Assembly (NCBI RefSeq): GCF_036321535.1
Contig: NC_087437.1
Location: 93,126,001 to 93,190,000 of the forward strand
Origin: Camelus dromedarius
Taxonomy: Eukaryota
Length of the DNA stretch: 64,000 bases
Reading direction: 5' to 3'
Shown here: in pieces, positions 1 to 10,710 of the stretch
How the letters are laid out: each line of letters begins with the position of its first letter
Position numbering within the stretch: the first letter of the stretch is position 1
The notes under the pieces: model-generated
Seen by the model: only the letters and a program-made list of their open reading frames with translations
Database searches by the model: none
What the model was told of the DNA's origin: nothing
Translations under genes and position numbers: made by a program

Positions 1-609
1 TCATACCTAATTACAAAATAATTCTTAACAGTCTAGCCCAGCCTTCAAAACTTTTTCTATACAGGCTGTCAATCCTACCTTCCCTTCTTGGCTCTATATT
101 TCAATGCATATTGCTTTCTGCTTTGTTTATAGACATTCATGTGCATTTCTTATCTTCCGTTACAGACTATGAGTTTCATGTAAACTAAAATCACACCATA
201 GTCATTTTTTTTTAATCTTGCACAGTGCCTTGTACATTGTGTGGGTTTAATAAGTGAATGGGAAAATAAGATAATTTTTCTACTTGCCTCTAGTATAAAA
301 AATAAGATATGTAATTTAGCTGTTCTTGGTGAATCAGGATTGTCATCCTAAATACCATTTTCAAAGATATATTGAGACCCTCTTATGAGAAGGCACTCTG
401 CTAGGTGTAGGGAGGTAACTGTGAACAAAAGATGTGTTGTTTAGATGTTGCGATGTCCTGCTACATTTGTTTTATCTACTGCAGAATTGGAAACCACATG
501 AAGAAGATAGTTCAAGTATATATAGGCTCTGAGTTATATTTTCAGGGAGATGTTCTTTGGTGGAAGACAGAGCTTTGTAGGGGTGTTGGTGCTGTGTGGG
601 TCCCAAGTC

Positions 610-633
610 GTGTGTATGTGTGTGTGTGTGTGT
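610..633. repeat. Imperfect (TG)n microsatellite
   Basis: gtgtgtatgtgtgtgtgtgtgtgt seen directly. Confidence 0.85.
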
Positions 634-2888
634 ATGTCTCCCCATGTGCATTAGAAATGGGGAGTGAGGGAATGCTGAGAGAACAGAAAAACAAAAATCC
701 AATTGCCCAGATAACCTCTTTACAAATGTTTGTTCTAAGCAGTGTTCTTAAAAGGTGGGTTTTCCTGATTCTTGAGTAATATGTGGTAGTAATTTACAAT
801 GATAAAGCTCTTTCACAATCATTACTTTTAATCTAGTATTTTAAATTGTTGAAATTTCTGGAGTTTAAGTTTTGCCTTTTCTAAAGGAAGTTGTGTTCCC
901 TGGCAATATAGACACAGGGCTAGGTAATTCCAAAAGTGACCACAGCAGAATTTGTTCATTAAATTATAGATCAGAGATAAAGGTCTAAACTGATGTTTTG
1001 AAACTTTATGGCTTTTGTAAGCTTTTTCTTCATAGCTAGAAATTATATACATTGAGTAGATTATAACCATTTTCAGTGTGATGATCCCTTTCAATGTCAA
1101 AAAGAAATTGGTCCTGATAATAACAATTGTTCTTTCAGTATCCTTGATTGAGAAAATACATAGGCGAAAAACTCAAATTCTGCAGCTTTTTAAATGAACC
1201 TATATCTTGTTAATCCAAAAAAATGCACTTTCTTTGAAATATAGTACCAAATGGGTATAATAACATAATTTAGTCTTCAAACAATACATATATAGATTCC
1301 CAGTCCCTTATAATAACATAATTACTCATTCTGTGAGACCCTCATAATGACACAACAACCAGTGATTGTCAACCCACAGGTTGGGAATCACTGCTTTTCA
1401 TGATATATTTGCTTTCTTCAGTCACTACTGCCAGTAATCTGTGTTGTTTACCAATAATTGAATAATTGATACTGTATTTCAAATGTTTTAAAAAGGATTC
1501 TAGGGCATTATTTTCTAAACTGTACTGTACTCTTGTTTTTGTGTAATGCTTTTTGAAGACTTGTGCAAGTATTTAATGAGCTAGGATGAAGAACAAAAAT
1601 GTAAACTTATATTTTAGTAGCTCCTTTCATTCCCCCATGCTTCATTTATTTACCATGTCTCTATTTATTTTCACTATCATATTTCCCCATTAAATAAAAT
1701 CTGTATGCTCACATCATCTGCAGCTTACTGGCAGTAGTAGAGCAGGCTGACCTGGATGGAGGGAAATGGAGCCACCGATCCCAGCAAGAGTTCTGTGGCG
1801 AGTTCATCTGCATCTTTTACCCAAATATAGGTTCCCTAGGCATTAAAATGACGGTCATAGTTTGTTATTTACATGCACTTTTAATGTGATCATTTTTACT
1901 GTAATGAAAAATATACTAACATTTCTGAGATTTAATATTTATATTACCAGGAAGAGAAAACACAAAGCACTTAGACGCCTGTCTCCCTCCTTAGGCTGGA
2001 AGAAACTTAAATTTCCAAGTATCCATGTATATTTACTTGTGGATTTTTGTATTAAGTACCATTTCTAGGCATTTGAGCATAAATTTGAACATAGTAACCA
2101 TAGCTGTTATTTTGTCATAACTGCAATAATACTAACATGTGTAATAGCTCATTGTGAAAACTCTGGTCTTAAATTGTAGCAGATCACACGATTGCAACAG
2201 GAATCTACCTGTGTCATGATAGATAATATGTTCGTGATCATGTGCATTCATAGCAGCACGCTGCCTGTAACCAAGGGGAAGGATTCGGCCTGCTTGGTTC
2301 TGTACTCTTCAGACCACACTCGGACCCTTGGTTCACTTCTGTGTTCCTTTCTTAGTCAACCAAAATCTAGCAAACCAGCATGAATTCAAAGATGGGGGAA
2401 GAGTAAAAAGCCATATCCAATGAGGAATCATTAAAGGTTCTGGGAATTTATTTTGTAAGTATTTAGTAAGGTATGCAGAGGACACATGGAGATAGCATAG
2501 CTAGTATTAAATATTTTAAAGTTACTGTATTTCAAACTTATTCTTTATGGCTTTTCTGAGTAGAAATAGTCCCAAGAAATCAAGACTGTATTCAATATGG
2601 AGAAGAATGTCTAACAAATGGAATCAGTTGGCTTAAGAGAAAAGTCGATTCTTCATCAATAGGCGTGGACGATCGTGTGAGGGGCTGTGACAGAGAGCTG
2701 GAGAGGTTTCCGTGGGTGTGTGCACTAGGAGGCCTCTGAAGCCTCTCTCAAACATGAGAAACTGAAATGTTAGAGAGGGAGGGACTACATAGCCCAAATC
2801 ATCATTGAATCGTATTCAGAATACTCACCTTTCCATCCTGGCTCAGACATACTTTATCACGGCTCATTCCACTCGTGAACCGTTGTGA

Positions 2889-3077
<189 letters not shown>

Positions 3078-3864
3078 TAAGATGATGTCTCTGTCCAAGG
3101 AAACAACTCTAACAAATAAACAACATGGAAACAAAGCGGGGAGTAGGGAAAGAGGAGTGCACTGAAAAAAACCAGATGCACTGTGGGTGCTGGACTAAAC
3201 TGAATTTTGGAAAAACTAATAATAAAGGATGTTTGGCTGACAGTTGGGGAAATTTGAACATTAATAGGATTAAAAATTATTTCTGAAAAAATAAGAGGAA
3301 GGCAGTTTTCATTTTTCTTTCTACTATAATCATTTCTATTTTTTATACAATTCCCTTCTGTTCTTGCTTTCTCTGTAATTTATGTTAAGCAGATTTCTAC
3401 ATTATTGGCTAGCTAATGGAGTTTAAAATACTTTAAAAGGATCAATAATATATTTTTTTCTTTCACATAGTCAATTGAAGACTGAATTCATTCTAGTTAT
3501 AAAATCCTGGTTTTCTCATTTTATTGAGGAGAGTTGTATTTTATTAGTTATGTAACTAATTTTAACTTTGTTGATGCAGTGAAAGAACATGGCTTTAAAC
3601 TACTAAATTTACATTCTTTTAAAGATGTAGAATAAAATTTTACCATTTGATGAAACTGGAGGAAGGTCTTATGCTTAGTGAAATGAGCCAGCACATAAAA
3701 TGGAGCCATGGAGAAGCAGCAACCAGTTGCAGTAGAGCTGAACTTGAACCAGTTGACCTAGACTGAAAGGAGTTTGAAAGTTTCAGACAGCAAAGGTGCT
3801 CCACAGCCAGCCTTCCTGAAGGTTCGTGTGTGCAGAGAGGCTTCTGCTGGGGAGGGAAGCCTGG

Positions 3865-4110
3865 TGATATAGTGAAAAGACCACAGAATGTGGTGGCAGA
3901 GAATTTGGGATCAAGCCCCCCACCTGCCATTTACTAGCTATGAGCACTTGAGAAATTTAACCTTTTTGTGCCTCAGTTTCCCTGTCTGTATAGAAGAATT
4001 AGTAACAGTCTCCTTCCTACAGCACAGGATTCTTAGGAGACATAAATTCATGAACACAGCCAAGCTTTTCAGAACCTGCAAAATGCTACTGCGCATGTAT
4101 TTTAAAGTTA
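3865..4110 (+). mobile_element. MIR SINE fragment
   Basis: MIR core-like sequence: ctgccatttactagctatgagcacttgagaaatttaacctttttgtgcctcagtttccctgtctgta. Confidence 0.7.
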
Positions 4111-5673
4111 TTATTGTTGTGGCTATTCAATAATTATTTTGGCGTTTTAAGCATGTCAAGCCACTAGGTGCCCTGAAGACATACTCCCAGCTTTGGAGAA
4201 ATTACCATATTAGGCGAGGGCTCACAGTCTTCGGGGGTGGGCAAAAAATAGGCTGACATCCTTTCGATTTTTTTAAGAGCAAAGATATTCTGTCATAATT
4301 AAAACAAACTGACTAACCAGTGGCAGCAACAGCCAGGAGATTACTTTTCAGGCACTAATTGATCTTGCAGACATAGACTGTGCGGTTCTAAATTAGCAGC
4401 TGGAATGGAGACTGTCACATAAGTCTCCATAACAGGTAGCAAATACAGTGCCACAAGCACGTGAGAAATAAAATAGAGCTTAACCACTGCCTGCAGTGGA
4501 ATGCTGATCCAGCGCGGTCAGAAGGAAGGGGTTAGCTCTGTCTTCCCAGCAGAAGCATCTTGTTTCCGATGACTATGGGTGCTTTAGGAATGACTCATTT
4601 TAAATAAGTCTTTAGGCTCCAGACTAAGTGATCTCTGGTTTTAATTTAAGAATAAGGGAGCCCAAATAGACCAGAAAATCTAATAAAACAGATTCTTTCT
4701 TGCCGGAGTTATCCTTCAAAGAGCCGGGGGGTGGGGAGAAAATACCTTAAAAAATACATCCATTGTAAGAATGCCTCATTATAATGGAACTCTTTATTAA
4801 ACTGATGAGTATGTGCTGGGATCCAGTCAGGTTTCTTGAACATGACCCTGAGTGCTCCAGGTCTCCTCTACCACCTTCTGCCTCCCACATGCCTCGAATT
4901 AAGAGGGAAGGGAGACAAAAATATGACCTTTTTCCTTTTCTGTGAAATTTCCGTCCATCATAACTAGTCCAGAGTATTTGCTAAAGCTTAATTTGCAAGC
5001 TCAATAATCCAAAGGATCTGCTGAATAAGTGTCAAATCTGTTTTCAAAGATAGCAACAAACAGAGCTCGAAGGAATCTTAAAATAGCCATGCATGCTGCA
5101 GCATCAGCAGCTACCGCCCCAGCGTCATCTGTGCGTGCTCCGTCAGGTGAAACTGGGAAGCCAGAGGAAAACCGCACGTGCACTACTGTTGAAACGCGTA
5201 TGCTAAGTTCAGAGTATCTCACAAATGCCAGGAAACAATAGGGCAGAACTTTTCCGTTATGCTTTACTGGCAGTTACTGGAAATGCCTTTATAGCTTAAT
5301 GATTTCTTCAATGTTTTGGTTCCTGATATAGGAGCCTAAGTGTGACCTTGTCTGTTACCATGCACAAGTCAGGTCGGGGTGGGTGCTTTCTTTCTCTTTT
5401 CTGATTCGTAAATTAAAATTCGATGGCACAAATGGAAGAAGATGGTTGAACTCGAAATGAATGAGTTTCCTTTAGGGCAACTTAAGCAGTCTTAATGGTG
5501 AAATGTGAATAAAACAATAGTTTTAGCATCTATTACTTTGCCAGTTAGTCTCCTTGTCATTAAGAAGTAGGTCTGTTTATTCCATTCTAAATTTGGTGAT
5601 TCAAAGGTAAACTTTTAGTTGAAATAGAGCATTTGGCGTACAGGTATCTTTTTTAGTATCCCTCAGTTGTAAG

Positions 5674-5711
5674 TGAAAGTGCAAATTAAATTGAAAGTGC
5701 AAATTAAATTG
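5674..5711. repeat. 18-bp tandem duplication (TGAAAGTGCAAATTAAAT)x2
   Basis: Two perfect copies seen directly. Confidence 0.9.
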
Positions 5712-8134
5712 GGCAATGTTTTCTGGTCTATCCAGAATTATGAAAAATGTTTAGGTTTTTTTTTTTTTTCCAGACAAATCAGTCTTGATTCTTAAAGCTT
5801 ACTCCTTCTCGTATTTCCAAATTAGATGAGATAATATATATTTCTACATAGAAATACTTACTAGCATCACTTTTCTCTTAACTCTAATGCAAAAAAATGA
5901 ATTAGAATATTTCTCTGTTTCTTAGAAAATATTTTGTGAACTAAAGCATGTAGATGAAAATTAAAATTATTTCATATGTCACCCTTATTTTTCAAAATAA
6001 TTTGGGATTTTTTTTAATGACAAATGTGTATATGTAGACTGTTAAAAGTCTAATGTCCTTCTCAGCAGATAATGTTGTCACTCTGACCATGAACTATTGC
6101 TAAATCCAACAATTTCTAAGAAAATTTTAAAATTTGTTTTTTAGGTATTTTTCATTTAAAATTATTTTTAAATTTCTATTTTCAAATGTTTGACAATTAT
6201 TATGACCTTAGAAGAACATAGTGCTTTCCCTGGATGACATAGTTGACTATTGTGTGATCAGTTATGTTTTTAGCCATGCTGATGGCTGGCATAGTGATTA
6301 AGCCATTAAGGAAGTAAAAATAACTGGGTTGATTAGCATGCATTTTGACTCTCTTAATACATGAACTGGAGTATACTGTGGCATTCTGATTCCCTGTCAA
6401 GAACTGACGATAAAAATAGCTAGAAAAAAATGAAATGTATGGCCCAATATCACACTGTCTCATATGTTCTTAATGTGATCCTGCCTACAAATGTTTAGGG
6501 CTTAATGGCTAATAACTGTGCAGAGTAGATATGTTTATCAGCATATATTATTTGTGATATGTGTACTGAGTGGTTTCTATATACATATCTTTAAATATGA
6601 GTTGTTTAAATATGAGGATGTATGTTTAAATCTACTTCAATTATGTTCATATTTCCTTTGCTGTATGAATCAAAACTGTTTATAAACCTAAATTTATAAA
6701 TTAAGATTTACAGAGCCAATACTTAGCACTAAATTACAGAGACCCCAAATTGTCCCTGTTTGTAATTGTGTCACCATAAGCATTAGCTCTGATCATCTTA
6801 AGTCCTTTAGTATAATTGGTAGTTATTTCCTAATTACTAAGAAAATGATTTATATACTCAGAACCCTAATAAAGAAGAAAACTCCAAATTCCAGAAATAG
6901 CCACAGTTAAGAAAAATCCGTTGCTTGGGAAATTCTTTCATGCTGCCTGCATTGCAAGGGCTCTGGAGCAACATAAGTACATTCTGGTAATTAACATTGC
7001 AGTGAAAAAAAAAATAATAATTACACAATATTCCTGTTAATGATATTATACAATTATCAACTGATAGGTTTTGAGCAGATAGTATTAAGAGGTCTCTAAG
7101 TGTAGCTGGAATTGGCATCAGAAAGCTCCCTACATAAAATGGCCAGCATCGTTTAGAGAGAGTTCTTGAAGCATTTTTTAACCAGTAAATGCCAACCTAG
7201 GAAACTCAGTGCATATGTTGCAAACCTTGACGTTCTTATGTCATCCTGTTGGTTTTACTCTTAAGTTTGGGCTAGCTAAAGTACCAAAACATTCTTACGG
7301 AGAGTAAGATTTCACTGATGAAATCAGTATGCGGTTATGAATCAAACAGTAGATACCAGAACTCCATGAGATGCAGTATGAGACTGAAGTGACTTGTCCT
7401 GATGTATCACTGTGCCACACACTGGGCAGGGACCCAGATCTGACTTACAGGTTTCACTGCACCTTCCTCAGGAGACTTGGGCTTATTTGAGTCCTTTTAT
7501 CTGCATATGGGACCAAATAATATCAGAGAAATGTCTTTAAGGTAAAGGGAACTGAAGTTCTTTTGTCCAGTTTTACTGAGAAATTTAGATGGGTCTTCAG
7601 TTTTAGAATGGTCATCACAGAGCAGATCAGAACCATTCTGATTATAACCTGCTGTCCCACTGATTAGTTACACCTACTTACTATGATTCTCCAAACTAAA
7701 CACGTAGAACAGAGTAAGGACATAGCAAATTCCTTGGGAAGGGCAGGGTAACCGTCTCTTGATTCATGCCTTTTTTGAGAAGACTTGGAAAGGGAATTGA
7801 CTGAGTCTGACTGTTGGCTTCTTTTATTTCTCCTCTATTGTTCTTGGTTTGTGTTGCTTTAGTCTGTAGCTTCACTGTGGAAATATGCCATCCTTTGAAC
7901 TGGATCTGTCTGTATCATTGGTAACAGTCCTGCTTTGTTCATGGGACCCTCCAGCTTCCTCTTTGATCTAATCTTATAACATCTTACCTATCACAAAGAG
8001 AAGATATTGAATGAAAGAGATTACATTAGCCATTAAATCCTGATGTGTTTTCAAAGCTATATGATATTAAAAACAATGTGTGAATTATAGGGAAACTGAA
8101 TATTGCATTGAAATACATGGTTTCCCCACACTTA

Positions 8135-8145
8135 ATGACTTAGCA
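8135..8145 (+). promoter_or_regulatory. Candidate antioxidant response element (NRF2/sMAF)
   Basis: ATGACTTAGCA fits RTGACnnnGCA exactly. It lies in the last GBE1 intron. Confidence 0.35.
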
Positions 8146-8889
8146 AGAAGGTAATATTTAGCCTCTGGAAGTACTGGATTGCAACTCAGACTGTGAGACA
8201 TGGAGCTAAGCCACCCAGTGACTATTAGCATTTGTGAAATTTTTCTCAGATGATGATTTTTTTCCTAAATCGCTGTTACTTTTAGTTCAAGATTAGAAAA
8301 GCTGTTCTCTAGTTATTACAGTTGTAATACAAATTTCTCAGAATGCCACCATTTAAAACCTGCTTTAATCTTTAATGTCCAAAACTAACCAACTGTGTTG
8401 ATATGTCTGATTTTTTTTAAAGAGATGTAAGAGTTCTTTATCACAGAAACCTTAAGGGAAAACATTGTGTTCATTTGCAGAATTGAGATGCATTGGACAT
8501 ACAGTGGTCTCATTCAATGAAAATCAGCTGTTCTATTCTTTAACTTTTTTTCCCTAAAGCCCTGTTTGCTTTGCATCTTTCATTTCAGTTCTAAACTATA
8601 AAAAGCCCTTTTCTTTTTTTTAACCATCAAGTTTTCAGTTAAAGTGACTGAACGTAGTCAAATATTTTCAGTCAGAAATGAAGAAATACTGTTGCAATGA
8701 TGGCAGTAATCTGTAGTATTTTTATTATTTACTTGGTTAATAGTCATTAAATATGTGCAAAATAGCATATAGATAAGCATCAAGCAGTTCAAATCACTTC
8801 TCAATTTTATAAAAATTATTTTAGATGAAAGTGTGTTAAAGAATATCTTGTGAAATATACATATATTGACCCCACTATTACTTATTTCT

Positions 8890-9460
8890 CTATTCATTAT
8901 TCATTCTTGTATTCAGTCATCATCGGCACGTACTTTGTCCATTGGCACCTACTAAAAATTAGAAATATGAAGATACGTGGCCTCCGCCCTGGTAAACCTC
9001 ATAGTCTAGTGAGAAGGTTGATCATAAACCTGAAAAAAAAAATTACAAATTGTGTTAAGTTTTCAGAAAGAAACAAAAATGGTGTTGCGATAGAGAATGA
9101 AATGCAGCACGTCTAGAGTTGTCAAGGAACACCTCTCCGTGGAGCTGGGATCCTCTAGGCCTAAGATATAGAGAACTAGTCAGGTAAAGAGTACTCTGGA
9201 CAGAGCCGGGAAGGATGCGGTGTGTTCCGGGAAGGATGCGGTGTGTTCCAGGAAGGGGAGGGCCCTGTGGCGGGAGCCTGGTGAGCGAGGCCGGAAGAGA
9301 GCAGTGTGTAGAGTGGGTCTGAGATGGGAGACACACGATTCAAGAAGGAGCAGAGTCAGGACTCTGACCGGTGTGGACAGAATGTGGATTGTACTTTCAG
9401 TGCAGCTGCAGGCTTCCTGATAGGTTTAAGTTGGGCAGGGGCCTAAAATACACTTAGGAT
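8890..9460 (-). mobile_element. Degraded L2 LINE 3' fragment containing a 21-bp tandem duplication (9206-9247)
   Basis: cattcattc-type L2 tail followed by purine-rich L2-like sequence. CCGGGAAGGATGCGGTGTGTT is repeated twice perfectly. Confidence 0.5.
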
Positions 9461-9702
9461 ACCGTATACTATCACATTTAAGATTTTTTTCTTCTTAACC
9501 TGACAAGGGAAAACAGAAACCAGAACGATACTAAAAGTGCCTTGATGTGAGCAATCTTTTGCATGTGACTTGTATTCGCCAGAATAGAGCGACACCCTGA
9601 ACCTCAGGGCAGCCTGCCGTCACGCGCAGGTAGTGCCTAAACAGCGGCGAGTGCCATTTATGTCCCTAGTGTCTCAGGAACGTAGGTTTTTGTAAAGTGT
9701 AT

Positions 9703-9719
9703 GACGCCCTCTAGTGGTA
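9703..9719 (-). promoter_or_regulatory. Candidate CTCF binding site
   Basis: Reverse complement TACCACTAGAGGGCGTC matches the CTCF core CCASYAGRKGGCRS closely. Confidence 0.65.
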
Positions 9720-9903
9720 GTCGCTTTAAAGGATGCCAGAGCTGTCGGAGCTGTGGAGTTGAGCCTCCTCAGAGCCAGTAGGATCGTAAAGGTAACTGTA
9801 ATCTAGGCAAATGTGAGACTGCATCAGGCTTCGGTCCCTCTGACATGATGACATCGCGCCCAGTGTTTCCTTCAATCGCACTGACACGATTGTGTTGACT
9901 TAG

Positions 9904-9960
9904 GTGTACATTCCAAACCGAGTGGCCCTCATCCTTCAGAATGTGGACCTGCCCAACTGA
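9904..9960 (+). CDS. GBE1: GBE1 terminal coding exon (equivalent to human exon 16), VYIPNRVALILQNVDLPN*
   Basis: Acceptor ttag|GTG at 9903/9904 and branch-like CACTGAC at 9879-9885. The 57 nt translate in frame with the previous exon (phase 0) to the GBE1 C-terminus, with TGA at 9958-9960. Confidence 0.97.
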   Translation: MYIPNRVALILQNVDLPN

Positions 9961-10710
9961 AGAGATCCGATGGTTTCAGCCCCGCCAGAGGAAGATGTGT
10001 GCTTTGTTTTCCCACGCTTGCTGTCACAGCGCTTATAATGTGTAATATGCTTTTCAAAATATATTTGTCTAGCTGAAATGTCAGATGTCTGAAATTCAAT
10101 ATTGGTTTATGAAAATGAATGTCAAGCTTTTCTTTAAGGAGTAGAGAGGGGGGAGTGTTTTTTGAAATTTTAGGAATCCTGAACTGTATTTTCCAGCCAT
10201 CTGAATAGTTAGGATTCTCAGATGAAGTGTTACATATCATATATATCTTGTCTGTAAACAGTTTAGCCTTACTTGCCAATTATTTGATCCTTTTAAGTTC
10301 ACATTCGAGTCATGTGTCATGTCTGACTGTTTCTGTTGACTTTATACAGTATTTGTGTAAGGCAGAGGTGGATATTTGGTAACTTTATTTGTTCTGATAT
10401 CTCTTGGTCTAAATTACAAACTACCGAGACTGTTACTCTCCTTTTTTCAAATTGTGTTTAGAAATACTGTAATAAGTATATAGTAGGAATATAAAATTAA
10501 GAACTGTATCAAAGAGAACATAAAAGTCATGGCCTCTGAACTCATCCATGCCTTATTTCACAGTAAGTTTTATCCTGTGATGCCTTGGTCACTTAGTATC
10601 TTGGTAGATGCTAATATCTCTGTTTCTGAAAGCCTGACTTGGTAATTGCAACGTTTCAGAAAATGTCTTTTACTTTCAGTCAATTAAAAAAAATTCAAAA
10701 TTGCCTTTGC
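9961..10710 (+). other. GBE1: GBE1 3'UTR (end approximate)
   Basis: Follows the stop codon. AU-rich sequence with no recognisable repeat, ending at a candidate ATTAAA signal with U/GU-rich sequence downstream. Confidence 0.6.
10683..10688 (+). terminator. GBE1: Candidate polyadenylation signal ATTAAA
   Basis: ATTAAA followed ~25 nt later by a U/GU-rich tract (tgtttattttgctgtgatgtt). Alternative AATAAA hexamers lie at 11819 and 11866. Confidence 0.5.

Noticed and set aside
1724..1803. Possible cassette exon cag|CTTACTGG...TCTGTG|gcgagt with short ORF MEGNGATDPSKSSV
   Set aside because: Non-canonical GC donor, no similarity to GBE1 or any protein I recognise, and it lies within an intron that ends in a U12-type acceptor.
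9929..10279. 116-aa antisense ORF overlapping the GBE1 stop and 3'UTR
   Set aside because: Non-ATG start and no recognisable protein; expected by chance.
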